This document shows positions 17,556-27,382 of a stretch of DNA of 64,000 bases, one piece after another (the stretch's first letter is position 1; the number at the start of each line of letters is the position of its first letter). This DNA comes from Desulfobacterales bacterium (GTDB lineage: Bacteria; Desulfobacterota; Desulfobacteria; Desulfobacterales; SURF-7): contig JAWOIJ010000046.1 in NCBI GenBank assembly GCA_046484745.1, forward strand, positions 74,743-138,742. The letters are read 5' to 3'. The position numbers were made by a program, and so were the translations under genes. A model generated the notes under the pieces. The model saw only the letters and a list, made by a program, of their open reading frames with translations, was not told the DNA's origin and made no database searches.

Positions 17556-19409
17556 ATGCCTATGCTAAGTCTGAAAACTTTTCTTCGGAAGGGGTTGGGG
17601 TTCATCAATGCAGGATCGGTTTTTAAACGGAGGGCTCTTTCGAGATCTCGCAGAAATCGAATCTTTTTCATTTTTGAAGGGCAGGAGTTCACCTATGGTG
17701 ATGTCTATCAAAAGGCTCTTCAGTATTCACATTTTTTTCATGATGTGCGAAAAGCCAAGCAGAAGATCGGGCTGGTAGAACCGGATGAGAAGCTTGCTGT
17801 CGGTCTTTACCAGGAAAATACACCGGAGTATGTTTTTGCGTTGTTTGGTGCTGCGTTGAGTGACACGACAATTTTCGGCATTAATACCGGTTTTCGCGGT
17901 GAAACGCTTGTCAATGTGATCAATCAGGCCAATATCGCATTATTGTTTTCCGATTCGACAACCATTCGAGAAGTAAAACGCATCCTTCCTGAAACAAAAA
18001 ACCTTCAGGAAAAGGATCTTTTTTTGGTCGGAGAGACAGCAGAAGAAGATAACGGTGGATTGAAGAAAATCGATGAAGCGATCTCCAGGTATGAATTCGG
18101 CCCCTCCCGTCCGCCCAGGGTAAAGATTGATAATTTCAGCCCGTTGACGGTTATATATACATCCGGGACAACCGGTGCGCCAAAGGGAGTGCTTTGCTCT
18201 CATGTGAAATGCGTTGGGGCGGGGTTTATCATAAAGAAAAGAATAGGCCTGACCTTGAACGACAGAGGATATATCTGCATGCCGCTGTTTCATTCCAATG
18301 CAATTCTATTGGGGATCATGCCGATGATGGCCGCCGGAGGTAGTTTTCTGCTGAAGCGTCGTTTCAGCGCCAGTGCTTTTGAGGAGGATATTCTGGAACA
18401 CGGTGTCACCTATATGAATTATGTCGGTCAGCCGATTCATTATATTCTGGTTGCACTTGAAAAGAAGTATGGCAGCGGTGAAAAAGTGGAGTCGGCTCTT
18501 GGCAATCATCCCGGAAACCATTTCAGGATCGCTCATGGAAATGGAGCACCGCCGACGGATCGAAAAAAATTGATTCGATATCTCGGAATGGAGCATATTT
18601 ATGAACTATACGGATCAACGGAAGCACCGATCACAACTATGGTTATGCCGGGAGATCCAATTGAAAGCGTCGGCGCGCTGGATTCAAAAAAAATTATGAT
18701 CCTGAATGAAAACGATGAACCATGCCCTCCGGGAATCCTGGACGAGAAAGGGAAGTTGTTGAACTACGAAGAGGCTGTGGGCGAGATTGTCCGGAAAATG
18801 GACACCGACAATATTTTTTTTGACGGTTATTATAAGAACAATGAGGCTTCTGAAAAAAAATATCGAGGCGGGTTTTATCGTTCCGGCGATTTGGGCCACA
18901 TTTGTCTGCATAAGCGAAAGCGGTATCTGTACTTTGACGGCCGGACAGATGACTGGATCCGGAAAGACGGGGAAAATTTTTCAGCGGAGAATGTCTCTCA
19001 GTATGCAATCAATCTTCCGGGAGTTGATGTTGCAGTTGCTTTTGGAGCACCCTGTGAGGTATCGGATGAAAAGGTCATGGTTGCGCTGCAACTCGCAAAA
19101 GGAGAAGAATTCGATCCGCAGAAGGCTTTTGACTGGTTTATGCGACAGCAGCAGGGAGCAGGGATGGATCCAAAATGGATGCCGGATTATATCCGCATCA
19201 TGGATGAGTTCCCGGAAACCAGAACGCATAAGATTTTGATTCGTCCTCTCAAGCGGGCACACTTTAATATCGAAAAGCAACCGGATATGACGATCTACTT
19301 TCGCATGCGCGGAGATACATCCTATCGGATGCTGACCGCCGAAGATTATCGGAAATTAAAAAAGCAGTTCGAAGAGATCGGCCGTCTGCCTTTGCTTGAG
19401 GCAGGTTGA
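17556..19409 (+). CDS. AMP-dependent acyl-CoA synthetase (FATP/FadD6-like long-chain fatty acid-CoA ligase)
   Basis: AMP-binding motif YTSGTTGAPKGV, YRSGDLG, and the FATP-type GRTDDWIRKDGENFSAENV. Confidence 0.85.
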   Translation: MPMLSLKTFLRKGLGFINAGSVFKRRALSRSRRNRIFFIFEGQEFTYGDVYQKALQYSHFFHDVRKAKQKIGLVEPDEKLAVGLYQENTPEYVFALFGAALSDTTIFGINTGFRGETLVNVINQANIALLFSDSTTIREVKRILPETKNLQEKDLFLVGETAEEDNGGLKKIDEAISRYEFGPSRPPRVKIDNFSPLTVIYTSGTTGAPKGVLCSHVKCVGAGFIIKKRIGLTLNDRGYICMPLFHSNAILLGIMPMMAAGGSFLLKRRFSASAFEEDILEHGVTYMNYVGQPIHYILVALEKKYGSGEKVESALGNHPGNHFRIAHGNGAPPTDRKKLIRYLGMEHIYELYGSTEAPITTMVMPGDPIESVGALDSKKIMILNENDEPCPPGILDEKGKLLNYEEAVGEIVRKMDTDNIFFDGYYKNNEASEKKYRGGFYRSGDLGHICLHKRKRYLYFDGRTDDWIRKDGENFSAENVSQYAINLPGVDVAVAFGAPCEVSDEKVMVALQLAKGEEFDPQKAFDWFMRQQQGAGMDPKWMPDYIRIMDEFPETRTHKILIRPLKRAHFNIEKQPDMTIYFRMRGDTSYRMLTAEDYRKLKKQFEEIGRLPLLEAG

Positions 19410-19524
19410 TATACCCGATGGTTTCGTAAAATTGGTTTTCTATGTTTTAAAATGATTTAAGGCGTTAAAGCGTTTAGAACAAACATAGCCTCATGGATAA
19501 TTTTATTTTATATCGTGTAAACTC

Positions 19525-20235
19525 ATGAAAACGAGAGACACAATTTTCCGGACTTCCGGAAATATCCTCCTGTGGCTGGTGCTGATGCTTCTTTTCTCAG
19601 GAGGAATGCAGGCAATGGCATTGGAGACGGAACCTCAAAAAATTAAATTGCCCGAACCAAGACATGACGGAAAGGTTTCCGTGGAAAAAGCAATCCATCT
19701 GCGAAGATCAATACGGAGTTATAAGGCTGAGCCGCTCAGCCTGAACACTATCTCCCAGCTTCTCTGGTCCTCCCAGGGCAAGACGAGCCCGAGAGGATAC
19801 CGGACCGCTCCTTCTGCCGGAGCGCTTTATCCGCTTGAGGTATATCTGTTCGCTTTTGATGTTACGGGTCTCAACGAAGGGGTTTATCGATATTTTCCAA
19901 ATGAGCACGCAATTGCCTTGACAAGGAAGGGGAATGTCCGCGAAGAATTATGCAAATCTTCCTTGAGTCAGAGCTCGGTGAAAAATGCTCCTGCCGTATT
20001 GGTTATCAGCGCGGTCTATGAGCGGACGATGAGAAAATATGGGCAGCGGGGAGAACGGTATGTCCATATCGAAGCAGGCCACGCAGCTCAGAATATCTGC
20101 CTTCAAGCTGTTTCAGAAGGGCTGGGAAGCGTGGTTGTCGGAGCCTTTCTGGATCATGAAGTAAATGCTCTGTTAAACAGCATCCCGGAAGCAAGGCCTC
20201 TTTACGTTATGCCCATCGGAGTGCCTGCCGAGTGA
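19525..20235 (+). CDS. SagB/ThcOx-type nitroreductase-family flavoprotein with an N-terminal signal or anchor sequence
   Basis: Hydrophobic N-terminus (ILLWLVLMLLFSGGMQAMA), RRSIRSY, the nitroreductase fold motif PSAGALYPLEVY and HIEAGHAAQNICLQA. Confidence 0.75.
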   Translation: MKTRDTIFRTSGNILLWLVLMLLFSGGMQAMALETEPQKIKLPEPRHDGKVSVEKAIHLRRSIRSYKAEPLSLNTISQLLWSSQGKTSPRGYRTAPSAGALYPLEVYLFAFDVTGLNEGVYRYFPNEHAIALTRKGNVREELCKSSLSQSSVKNAPAVLVISAVYERTMRKYGQRGERYVHIEAGHAAQNICLQAVSEGLGSVVVGAFLDHEVNALLNSIPEARPLYVMPIGVPAE

Positions 20236-20410
20236 GATAGTAGATTCACGAACACAACTTGGACCATTTCCTTGTTTATAAAATTTTTTTTGCCGGAAAC
20301 CACCTCTTGAACCGGAATGTCGATTACGTTTAAAAATGAATTGCAGGTTTTCAGGTTGACCATGAAGCAGGGCGATCCGGTTTTTTATCAGACATGACAA
20401 TCGATCAAAA

Positions 20411-21814
20411 ATGCCGGGAGGCCCGAAGGGGGCTGTTATCCGAGGAATCGTAGTTGCAGGAACAAACAGCGGATGCGGAAAAACAACCGTTTCGCTTGGA
20501 CTGATGGCAAGCTTTATAAAACGGGGTATCCGTGTCGCGCCTTTTAAAGTCGGCCCTGATTTTATCGATCCTGGTTATCATTGCCTCATTACCGGCAAGA
20601 AGGGGAGAAATCTGGATGGATGGATGCTTTCCAAAGAGTATAACCTCTCGACTTATATCCGAAATACAGCGGAAAACGATATCGCCGTTGTAGAAGGCGT
20701 CATGGGACTGTTTGACGGGTATGATGGAAAAACAGAATCAGGGTCTACCGCACAGATGGCAAAGTGGATTGGAGCTCCCGTGGTTCTGGTCGTGAATGCC
20801 CGGAGCATGGCCAGGAGTGCCGCCGCAGTTGTTCAGGGTTTTGAAAATTTTGACTCGGATATCCGTTTCAGCGGGGTTGTTTTTAATCATGTCGGGAGTG
20901 AAAGCCACTTGCGGATTTTGAAAGATGCAATGTCCGGACATGCAACAATGCCTTTCCTTGGCGGAATTCCTCGCAACCCGGTAGTTGAAATTCCCGAACG
21001 TCACCTTGGACTGGTTACAAGCGATGAATTCCGGATAGAGGACAAGACCGTAAATGTACTGGCGAACCTGATTGAAGACCATATTGATGTTGATGCCATT
21101 TTACGGACAGCAGGTGTTTTGGATGTCAGCATTGAAAGAAGCCTGAAAACACATGAAGCACGTGTAAGAGTTGGAATCGCAAGAGACAGCGCTTTCTGCT
21201 TTTATTATTCGGAGAACCTTGAACTGCTCACGGAAAATGGCGCGGAGCTGGTATACTTTTCACCAATTTCAGACAGGAGGCTTCCTGAAAATCTGGATGG
21301 AATGTATTTGGGCGGCGGATATCCCGAACTGTTTGCGGAAAATCTTTCCAGGAATTCCGAAATGTTAGGTCAGATTCGCCATGCCAGTAATCTTGGCATG
21401 CCTATTTTGGGGGAATGCGGCGGCTTCATGTACCTGTGTGATGAACTGGTGGACAGAGAAGGAACGGCATGGAGGATGAGCGGCTGCCTGAAAATGAAAG
21501 CACGCATGCTGAATCATTTAAAAGCGTTAGGGTACAGAGAGGTGACATTTACGGATGACACCATCATTGGGAAAACGAATCAGACCGTACGCGGCCACGA
21601 ATTTCATTACTCCGAGATTTCAAGTAATTCCGAAAAGGTTGAAAATGTTTTTCTGGTTACCGCCATAGACGGCCGTAAAACAGAGCTGCAGGGATTTCAG
21701 AAAAACCGTACACTGGGAAGTTATTTTCATCTCCATTTCGGAAGCCGGCCAGAAGCGGCAGGCTGTTTCATATCGGAATGCCTTCAGTATCAGAAGGAGA
21801 AGCCGGCTGCCTGA
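20411..21814 (+). CDS. cbiA: Cobyrinate a,c-diamide synthase
   Basis: N-terminal P-loop AGTNSGCGKTTVSLGL, FKVGPDFIDP, and a C-terminal glutamine amidotransferase domain with GECGGFMYL and HEFHYS. Confidence 0.9.
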   Translation: MPGGPKGAVIRGIVVAGTNSGCGKTTVSLGLMASFIKRGIRVAPFKVGPDFIDPGYHCLITGKKGRNLDGWMLSKEYNLSTYIRNTAENDIAVVEGVMGLFDGYDGKTESGSTAQMAKWIGAPVVLVVNARSMARSAAAVVQGFENFDSDIRFSGVVFNHVGSESHLRILKDAMSGHATMPFLGGIPRNPVVEIPERHLGLVTSDEFRIEDKTVNVLANLIEDHIDVDAILRTAGVLDVSIERSLKTHEARVRVGIARDSAFCFYYSENLELLTENGAELVYFSPISDRRLPENLDGMYLGGGYPELFAENLSRNSEMLGQIRHASNLGMPILGECGGFMYLCDELVDREGTAWRMSGCLKMKARMLNHLKALGYREVTFTDDTIIGKTNQTVRGHEFHYSEISSNSEKVENVFLVTAIDGRKTELQGFQKNRTLGSYFHLHFGSRPEAAGCFISECLQYQKEKPAA

Positions 21815-21880
21815 GAACGGCACGGCTTGAAAGATAAATTTTCCCGCGGGATATGCCGAACCATGGATTTTAAAATTTTC

Positions 21881-21909
21881 TTGACTTTATCTGTTTATTT
21901 CAATAGACA
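21881..21909 (+). promoter_or_regulatory. Possible promoter of the riboswitch-led corrinoid uptake operon
   Basis: TTGACT (21881-21886), a 17-nt spacer, then TAGACA (21904-21909). The predicted start falls just before riboswitch helix P1. The -10 is weak. Confidence 0.35.
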
Positions 21910-21918
21910 ATTTTATTC

Positions 21919-22087
21919 TATTCAGGTGTCCCGATTTTGGGACGTAACAGGGAACCCGGTTTAAATCCGGGACGGGCCCGCCGCTGTGATTGGGGACAAA
22001 AGCCGCATTCTGCCACTGCCGGTTAGCAAGCCGATGGGAAGGCGCGGTGATTTGAATGATCCAAAAGTCAGAAGACCTGCCTGAATA
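21919..22087 (+). promoter_or_regulatory. Cobalamin (B12) riboswitch aptamer
   Basis: Conserved core AACAGGGAACCCGGTTTAAATCCGGGACGGGCCCGCCGCTGTGA, the B12 box GCCACTG and GGGAAGGC. Closing helix P1 pairs TATTCAGG (21919-21926) with CCTGAATA (22080-22087). Confidence 0.9.
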
Positions 22088-22147
22088 AGCGGCGAATTCT
22101 CCGTGGCCAAGAGAGCGCCTGAAAGATCTTGAGGATAAAAAAGGGAA

Positions 22148-22186
22148 ACCCTGGATCGATTGATTTTATCGGTCCGGGGTTTTTTT
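22148..22186 (+). terminator. Riboswitch expression platform: intrinsic terminator
   Basis: ACCCTGGATCGAT (22148-22160), a 7-nt loop, ATCGGTCCGGGGT (22168-22180). This is a 13-bp stem with two G-U pairs, ending in a run of seven T (22180-22186), 49 nt before the btuB ATG. Confidence 0.75.
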
Positions 22187-22234
22187 ATTGCTTCGGACCC
22201 TGAATTGTACTTTTTTTTAGGGAGGGGGAAGCAG

Positions 22235-24223
22235 ATGAAAAAAAGATTTTTTATATTCTTACTTATGATTATCCTGTCGACAGGCATAAGCGCCGCAGAG
22301 GAGAATACCAAAAAAAAAACAGATATTACTGAACTGGATGAGGTCGTTGTCACCGCCGGAAGGATAGAGGAAAAAAAGAAAGAACTTGCCGCCAATGTAA
22401 CGGTTATCGATAAGGAAATGATTCAAACCTCTTCGGCAAAGGATCTTGGGGAGCTGCTCGCTGAAAATGGTGTGGGCTATTCCAAGAAATATCCCGGAAC
22501 AAGCAATGTGATCGGCATTCGGGGATTTCGGACAGATACATTCGGTGATGAGGTTCAGGGGCATGTGCTGATCACCGTAAACGGCCGGAGAGCTGGAACC
22601 GGCAATGCAGCCAAAATCATCACCAAGAACATTGAACGCGTTGAGATTATCAGAGGACCTGCATCTGTACAATATGGCTCCGCGGCCATGGGAGGCGTTG
22701 TGAATGTTATTACCCGGCGCGGAACAGAAGAGCCGGAGATTTTTATGGAAGGCCTTTCCGGAAGCCACGGGTATGATGAAGCAAGTGCGGGCTTTGCCGG
22801 AAAGGTAAAAAAATTTGACTTTTCGGCAGGTTTTACCCAATCGACCATGAATGATTATGTAACCGGAGATGGCGATCTTTATCACAACACCGGCTATGAT
22901 AAAAAGCAGGATGTGAATTTGAATGCGGGGTTTGAGTTTTTTCCAAAAAACAGAATCGGCCTGATGTACAGCAATTTTGATGCAGACCGCGTTGGTTTGC
23001 CGGGATACAAAAGCCAGCAGGATCTGGATGATTTTAAGGAGTCGGGTTTTGATTCCTTTGAAATCGATTATGAGGGTGCGACGTCAAGCGACAGGTTTTC
23101 CTGGAAGATGAAATATTTTCAGTCCAGTGATGAGGAAACAAATTTTGATCCAGTGGAAAGTGATCCTGACGGATATGATGATGGTGTTCCGACCTCGAGT
23201 GAAACAGACCAGAAAGGGGGGCAGGCCCAGGGATCGATCCATTTGCAGAATACAACCATCACCGCGGGAAGTGACTGGGCGCACTATGATATCAAGGGCG
23301 ATTACGCTCCTCAACAATCAGAGTACGACAACCTCGCCTTTTTTGTCTTTGGCAAACAAAAATTGTTCAGTCAGCGGCTGATTCTTTCCGGCGGGCTCCG
23401 GTACGATGATTTTACGGTAAAGGTGATCGAGCCTGCCGGTAACACAGAATCCCTTGACAACGTTTCGCCGAGGTTCGGGGCAGCGTATCTGATATCCGAC
23501 AGTCTCAAGGTGAGGGCAAATTACGGAGAGGCGTTTTCCGTTCCGTCCGCCAAAGAACTTGCCTATGACTATATGCCGGCTTCGACCCGGTATGTCGGGA
23601 ATCCGGACTTGAAACCGGAAAAAAGCCAGACATACGATCTTGGTGTTGATTATTCCAAAGGACCGCTGAATTCATCACTGACCTATTTTTATACCAATTT
23701 TAAAGAAAAAATCGAAACAACCCCGGGTCCCGGGATCAATGAAATGACATGGGAAAACCTGGGAAGAGCGACTCTTGAAGGCATTGAGGGGGCCTTTTCC
23801 TATGATGTCGGATCACGCCTGAACTGGAAATATGAAGTGAAACCGTATGTCAGTATTGTTTATATGCTGCGTTATAAGGATGAGGAAACCAAGAAAGATC
23901 TGCTGGAAACATCGGATATGAATGCGTCTTACGGAATCTCCATTTCAGATTATGACGGGTTTTCGGCAAGATTGAATTTTGCCTATACCGGGGAGATGAC
24001 GGTAACCGATTACGAAAGCGCATACCCCTATCCGGAAGTAACACAGGAAAGCTTCACGGTAGCGGATTTGACGATCAACAAGCGGCTTATAAAAGTTGAC
24101 AGGCTGGGAGGGCTTTCATTGAAAGGAGAAATCCGGAACCTGTTTGATGAAAATTACAGCTATGCAAAAGGGTATCCCATGCCCGGCAGAAGTTTCTTTT
24201 TGGGTTTGAGGTATGATTATTGA
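22235..24223 (+). CDS. btuB: TonB-dependent outer-membrane corrinoid receptor
   Basis: GGAGGGGG SD before ATG 22235 and a signal peptide MKKRFFIFLLMIILSTGISA. It has a TonB box DEVVVTAGR, plug motifs (IEIIRGPASVQYGSAAMGGVVNVIT) and a C-terminal beta-barrel ending LGLRYDY. It is directly downstream of the B12 riboswitch. Confidence 0.88.
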   Translation: MKKRFFIFLLMIILSTGISAAEENTKKKTDITELDEVVVTAGRIEEKKKELAANVTVIDKEMIQTSSAKDLGELLAENGVGYSKKYPGTSNVIGIRGFRTDTFGDEVQGHVLITVNGRRAGTGNAAKIITKNIERVEIIRGPASVQYGSAAMGGVVNVITRRGTEEPEIFMEGLSGSHGYDEASAGFAGKVKKFDFSAGFTQSTMNDYVTGDGDLYHNTGYDKKQDVNLNAGFEFFPKNRIGLMYSNFDADRVGLPGYKSQQDLDDFKESGFDSFEIDYEGATSSDRFSWKMKYFQSSDEETNFDPVESDPDGYDDGVPTSSETDQKGGQAQGSIHLQNTTITAGSDWAHYDIKGDYAPQQSEYDNLAFFVFGKQKLFSQRLILSGGLRYDDFTVKVIEPAGNTESLDNVSPRFGAAYLISDSLKVRANYGEAFSVPSAKELAYDYMPASTRYVGNPDLKPEKSQTYDLGVDYSKGPLNSSLTYFYTNFKEKIETTPGPGINEMTWENLGRATLEGIEGAFSYDVGSRLNWKYEVKPYVSIVYMLRYKDEETKKDLLETSDMNASYGISISDYDGFSARLNFAYTGEMTVTDYESAYPYPEVTQESFTVADLTINKRLIKVDRLGGLSLKGEIRNLFDENYSYAKGYPMPGRSFFLGLRYDY

Positions 24224-24292
24224 TTTTGATTGATCACCATGGTTCCGGCTATATATATGTGACAACAGCCATAACCCCTGAAGGATCTGCCC

Positions 24293-26302
24293 ATGAATAC
24301 AATGATTTTTAACATGCTGAGAATATGTTTTCTTCTGTGGATTGCTGTTCCGGCTTCCTGCTTTTCTTTTCCCGTGACATTTACAGATGCAAGAGGCAAG
24401 CCGGTAACACTCCAGCAAGAACCGAGGCGGGTCGTATCTCTTGTGCCGTCCGTAACCGAGGTTCTTTTTAAAATTGGTGCCGGTAATTCCGTAAAAGGGA
24501 TGACCTATCACAGTGGTTATCTTTCTGGTGCTTCCGATATGGATATTGTCGGCGGTTTTTTTGAGCCTTCCCTGTCCGCCATCGAGAAAATTCAGCCGGA
24601 TTTGATTGTTGTGGATGATATCCATGAAAAGGTAATGGAAAGATTTGCGGAAAAGGAGTGTGTTCTGGTAGCGTTTAAAACATCCTCCATTTCCGACAGC
24701 TTTGAAAATATTCAGCTGCTTGGAAAAATTTTTAACCGGGAAGAAGCGGCATCCGGAGTGATAGAGGAGATTCAGCAGGAACTCGCCTTTATTTCTAAGA
24801 AAATTTCCGTCATTCCAAAAGAGGAGAGAAAGAGGGTGATCCGTCTGATGGGACGGGAAAAGGTGATGACGCCTGGAATCGATTCTTTCCAGAATGAAAT
24901 GATTCGGGCAGCCGGCGGAATATCTCATAATTTTGAAAGAAGCGGAGAGATCATCGAGGTCAAAAAAGAAGAATGGCTCCGGTTTAATCCGCAGGTTATC
25001 TATGGATGCGGAGGGGACCAGAAGACGGCTGAAAAATTTTTCAGTCAGCCTGGATGGAAAGATGTGGAGGCTGTAAAAACCGGCAGCATCTATTACTTCC
25101 CCTGTGACCTTACCTGCCGGGCATCCACCAATACGGGATATTTTGTTTCATGGCTTGCGGCGCGAACCTATGGAGATGAATTTTCCAAAGCGGAAAATCG
25201 TTTTTTCGGGGAAGATGCCTTTAAGACGGAAAACCTTGCCATCGATCTCGATTTTGTAAAAGATATCCGAATTGTACACAGCCGGATTTTTGATTTTATC
25301 AATAAGACGCTGATTATCGACTTCAGAGAATCCATGTCCGTGATCTCAACCCTCGAAGGGCAGCGCCGGAACATCAATACGGTCGGGAACCACTATTCAT
25401 CTCCCCAATATTGGGCGGTAGGACATCAGGGAGGATTGAAAGGCCATCAAAAACGTGTTTATGATGTTCTTCAACAATCTGAAAAAGATGCCTGTTTTCT
25501 TTTTACCGCCGCAGACATGGATAACCTTGCCATAACGAATGTAACGTTCAAGGAGTTGGCAGTGTACGCGCTGGTTACAGCAGGTGTGGAGTCAAATGCC
25601 ATGAGGATGGCAAAAGATCAGGGCTCATTTTATGAGCCGGGAACCATCAACATGATTATCATGACAAACATGAAGTTGACCCCGCGTGCCATGACACGGG
25701 CCATTATATCAGCAACCGAGGCCAAAACTTCGGCACTTCTGGATATGGATATCCGAAGCAGTTATCATGAGGGGGCATATCGGGCAACCGGAACGGGTAC
25801 CGACAATATCATCGTTGTGGAAGGCACGGGTGTGCAGCTGGATAATTCCGGAGGGCATACAAAGCTTGGCGAGCTGATCGCGCGCAGTGTTTATGACGGC
25901 GTTCAGAAAGCTGTCAGGATGCAGAATGGATTAACCGCTTCAAGGAATATTTTTCAGCGGTTGAAAGAGCGAAATATAACGATATATGGCCTTATCTCAA
26001 AAGAAATATGCGACTGCGGGCGTGACAGAAGCGATTTTACCGGAGCGGTTGAAGCCATACTGCTTCATCCCCGATACGCGGGCTTTATCCAGTCTTCGCT
26101 CGCGTTGAGTGATGACTATGAAAAGGGGCTGGTGAGAGATCTGACGCAATATAACGATTGGGCCAAAAGCGTTGCAGAGGAGATCGCGGAGCAGGAGATC
26201 GATGAAATCAGAGAGATTGCGCGGACTGAAAACATGCCGCGGGTAATCGGAATTTCCCTGAATGCAATCTGTAACGGAGTCTATTATCGGGGAAAAAAAT
26301 AG
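24293..26302 (+). CDS. Fusion protein: BtuF-like periplasmic corrinoid-binding domain + CbiZ (adenosylcobinamide amidohydrolase) domain + roughly 110-aa C-terminal extension
   Basis: N-terminal signal-like segment (MLRICFLLWIAVPASCFSFP) and a class III SBP pattern (RVVSLVPSVTEVLFKIGAGNSVKG...IQPDLIVV). The C-terminal half has CbiZ-like motifs (GTINMIIMTN, ATEAKTSALLDMDI, ATGTGTDNIIVV). Confidence 0.75.
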   Translation: MNTMIFNMLRICFLLWIAVPASCFSFPVTFTDARGKPVTLQQEPRRVVSLVPSVTEVLFKIGAGNSVKGMTYHSGYLSGASDMDIVGGFFEPSLSAIEKIQPDLIVVDDIHEKVMERFAEKECVLVAFKTSSISDSFENIQLLGKIFNREEAASGVIEEIQQELAFISKKISVIPKEERKRVIRLMGREKVMTPGIDSFQNEMIRAAGGISHNFERSGEIIEVKKEEWLRFNPQVIYGCGGDQKTAEKFFSQPGWKDVEAVKTGSIYYFPCDLTCRASTNTGYFVSWLAARTYGDEFSKAENRFFGEDAFKTENLAIDLDFVKDIRIVHSRIFDFINKTLIIDFRESMSVISTLEGQRRNINTVGNHYSSPQYWAVGHQGGLKGHQKRVYDVLQQSEKDACFLFTAADMDNLAITNVTFKELAVYALVTAGVESNAMRMAKDQGSFYEPGTINMIIMTNMKLTPRAMTRAIISATEAKTSALLDMDIRSSYHEGAYRATGTGTDNIIVVEGTGVQLDNSGGHTKLGELIARSVYDGVQKAVRMQNGLTASRNIFQRLKERNITIYGLISKEICDCGRDRSDFTGAVEAILLHPRYAGFIQSSLALSDDYEKGLVRDLTQYNDWAKSVAEEIAEQEIDEIREIARTENMPRVIGISLNAICNGVYYRGKK

Positions 26303-26491
26303 ATCATAATTTTACGATTTTTACTTGCTCAATTTCATTACCGGATACGAAAACAGAATGTTGAAAATCTTTCTCTATTTTTCCAATACGGGTTCAACTG
26401 GTTTCAGGACATGCGGCAAAACGTGCCGGAATGAGAATTTTCTTGATGATGAACATCCGGTTCAATACAATAATCGGGGTTGTGTGCGGTT

Positions 26492-27382
26492 ATGAAAATA
26501 TATTTTTTATTCAGAATAAAACAGGTTGTCCTGATTTCATTTTTCACGGTTGCTTTTGCCTGTGCTGTCTTGCCGGTTCCTGCTGCCGGCGAGTCTTTTC
26601 CGATTCCAGAGAGAATTGTTTCTCTCGGTCCGATCCTTACGGAAACAATCTACCTTCTCGGCGCAGACAAACAGCTTATTGCCGACACAACCTATTGTGT
26701 CTTTCCCCCGGATGCCGATCTCAAAGAAAAGATCGGAACGGTCACTCAGATGAATGTCGAGAAGATCATCAGTTTGAGACCGGATCTGGTGCTGGCAAAT
26801 GCGCTTACGAAACAAAAGCAGATCAACACCTTGGAAAGTCTGGGGATACGGGTTGTCAAATTCGAAAATTCAAAAACCTTTTCTGAAATGTGCCGGATGA
26901 CCCTGAGGCTCGGGAGGGTTTTGGGTAAGGAGGAAAAAGCGAAACAGATCGTCGCGGACACCCGAAAAGAAGTGGATGCCGTCATCGAGAAAACCGGCAA
27001 ACTTCCGAAGAAGAGAGTTTTCATTCAGATCGGCATCAAGCCGCTTCATACCGCTGTGAAAGAAACCTTTATCAATGAATATATTGAGCTTGCCGGAGGG
27101 GAGAACATTGCGCTGGACGAAAGGTCGGGCGTATACAGCCGGGAAAAAGTGCTGCAGGAAAATCCGGATGTGATTTTTATAGCGACCATGGGATCTGCAA
27201 GAACCGCCGGAGAAAATGAAAAGGCAGTCTGGATGAAATTTAAATCAATCAATGCTTCCCGGAACAACGAAATTTATATTCTGGATCCGGATATTATATG
27301 CAGTCCCACGCCTGTTTCATTTGTTAAGGCGTTAAAGGAAATTGCGAAATTGCTTCACCCGGAGATCGGTTTAACGGAATGA
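26492..27382 (+). CDS. btuF: ABC transporter periplasmic corrinoid/siderophore-binding protein (BtuF-like)
   Basis: Signal peptide MKIYFLFRIKQVVLISFFTVAFACAV, then RIVSLGPILTETIYLLGADKQLIA, LRPDLVLA and NPDVIFI. The listed ORF begins at TTG 26480; ATG 26492 is preferred. Confidence 0.8.
   Translation: MKIYFLFRIKQVVLISFFTVAFACAVLPVPAAGESFPIPERIVSLGPILTETIYLLGADKQLIADTTYCVFPPDADLKEKIGTVTQMNVEKIISLRPDLVLANALTKQKQINTLESLGIRVVKFENSKTFSEMCRMTLRLGRVLGKEEKAKQIVADTRKEVDAVIEKTGKLPKKRVFIQIGIKPLHTAVKETFINEYIELAGGENIALDERSGVYSREKVLQENPDVIFIATMGSARTAGENEKAVWMKFKSINASRNNEIYILDPDIICSPTPVSFVKALKEIAKLLHPEIGLTE

Noticed and set aside
21961-22395. 144-aa minus-strand ORF
   Set aside because: It lies antisense over the cobalamin riboswitch, its terminator and the btuB start. 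The low-complexity Ser-rich translation suggests a chance ORF.
24116-24928. 270-aa minus-strand ORF
   Set aside because: It is antisense to the btuB 3' end and the well-supported BtuF-CbiZ gene. It has no motifs and a His/Arg-rich shadow-ORF composition.
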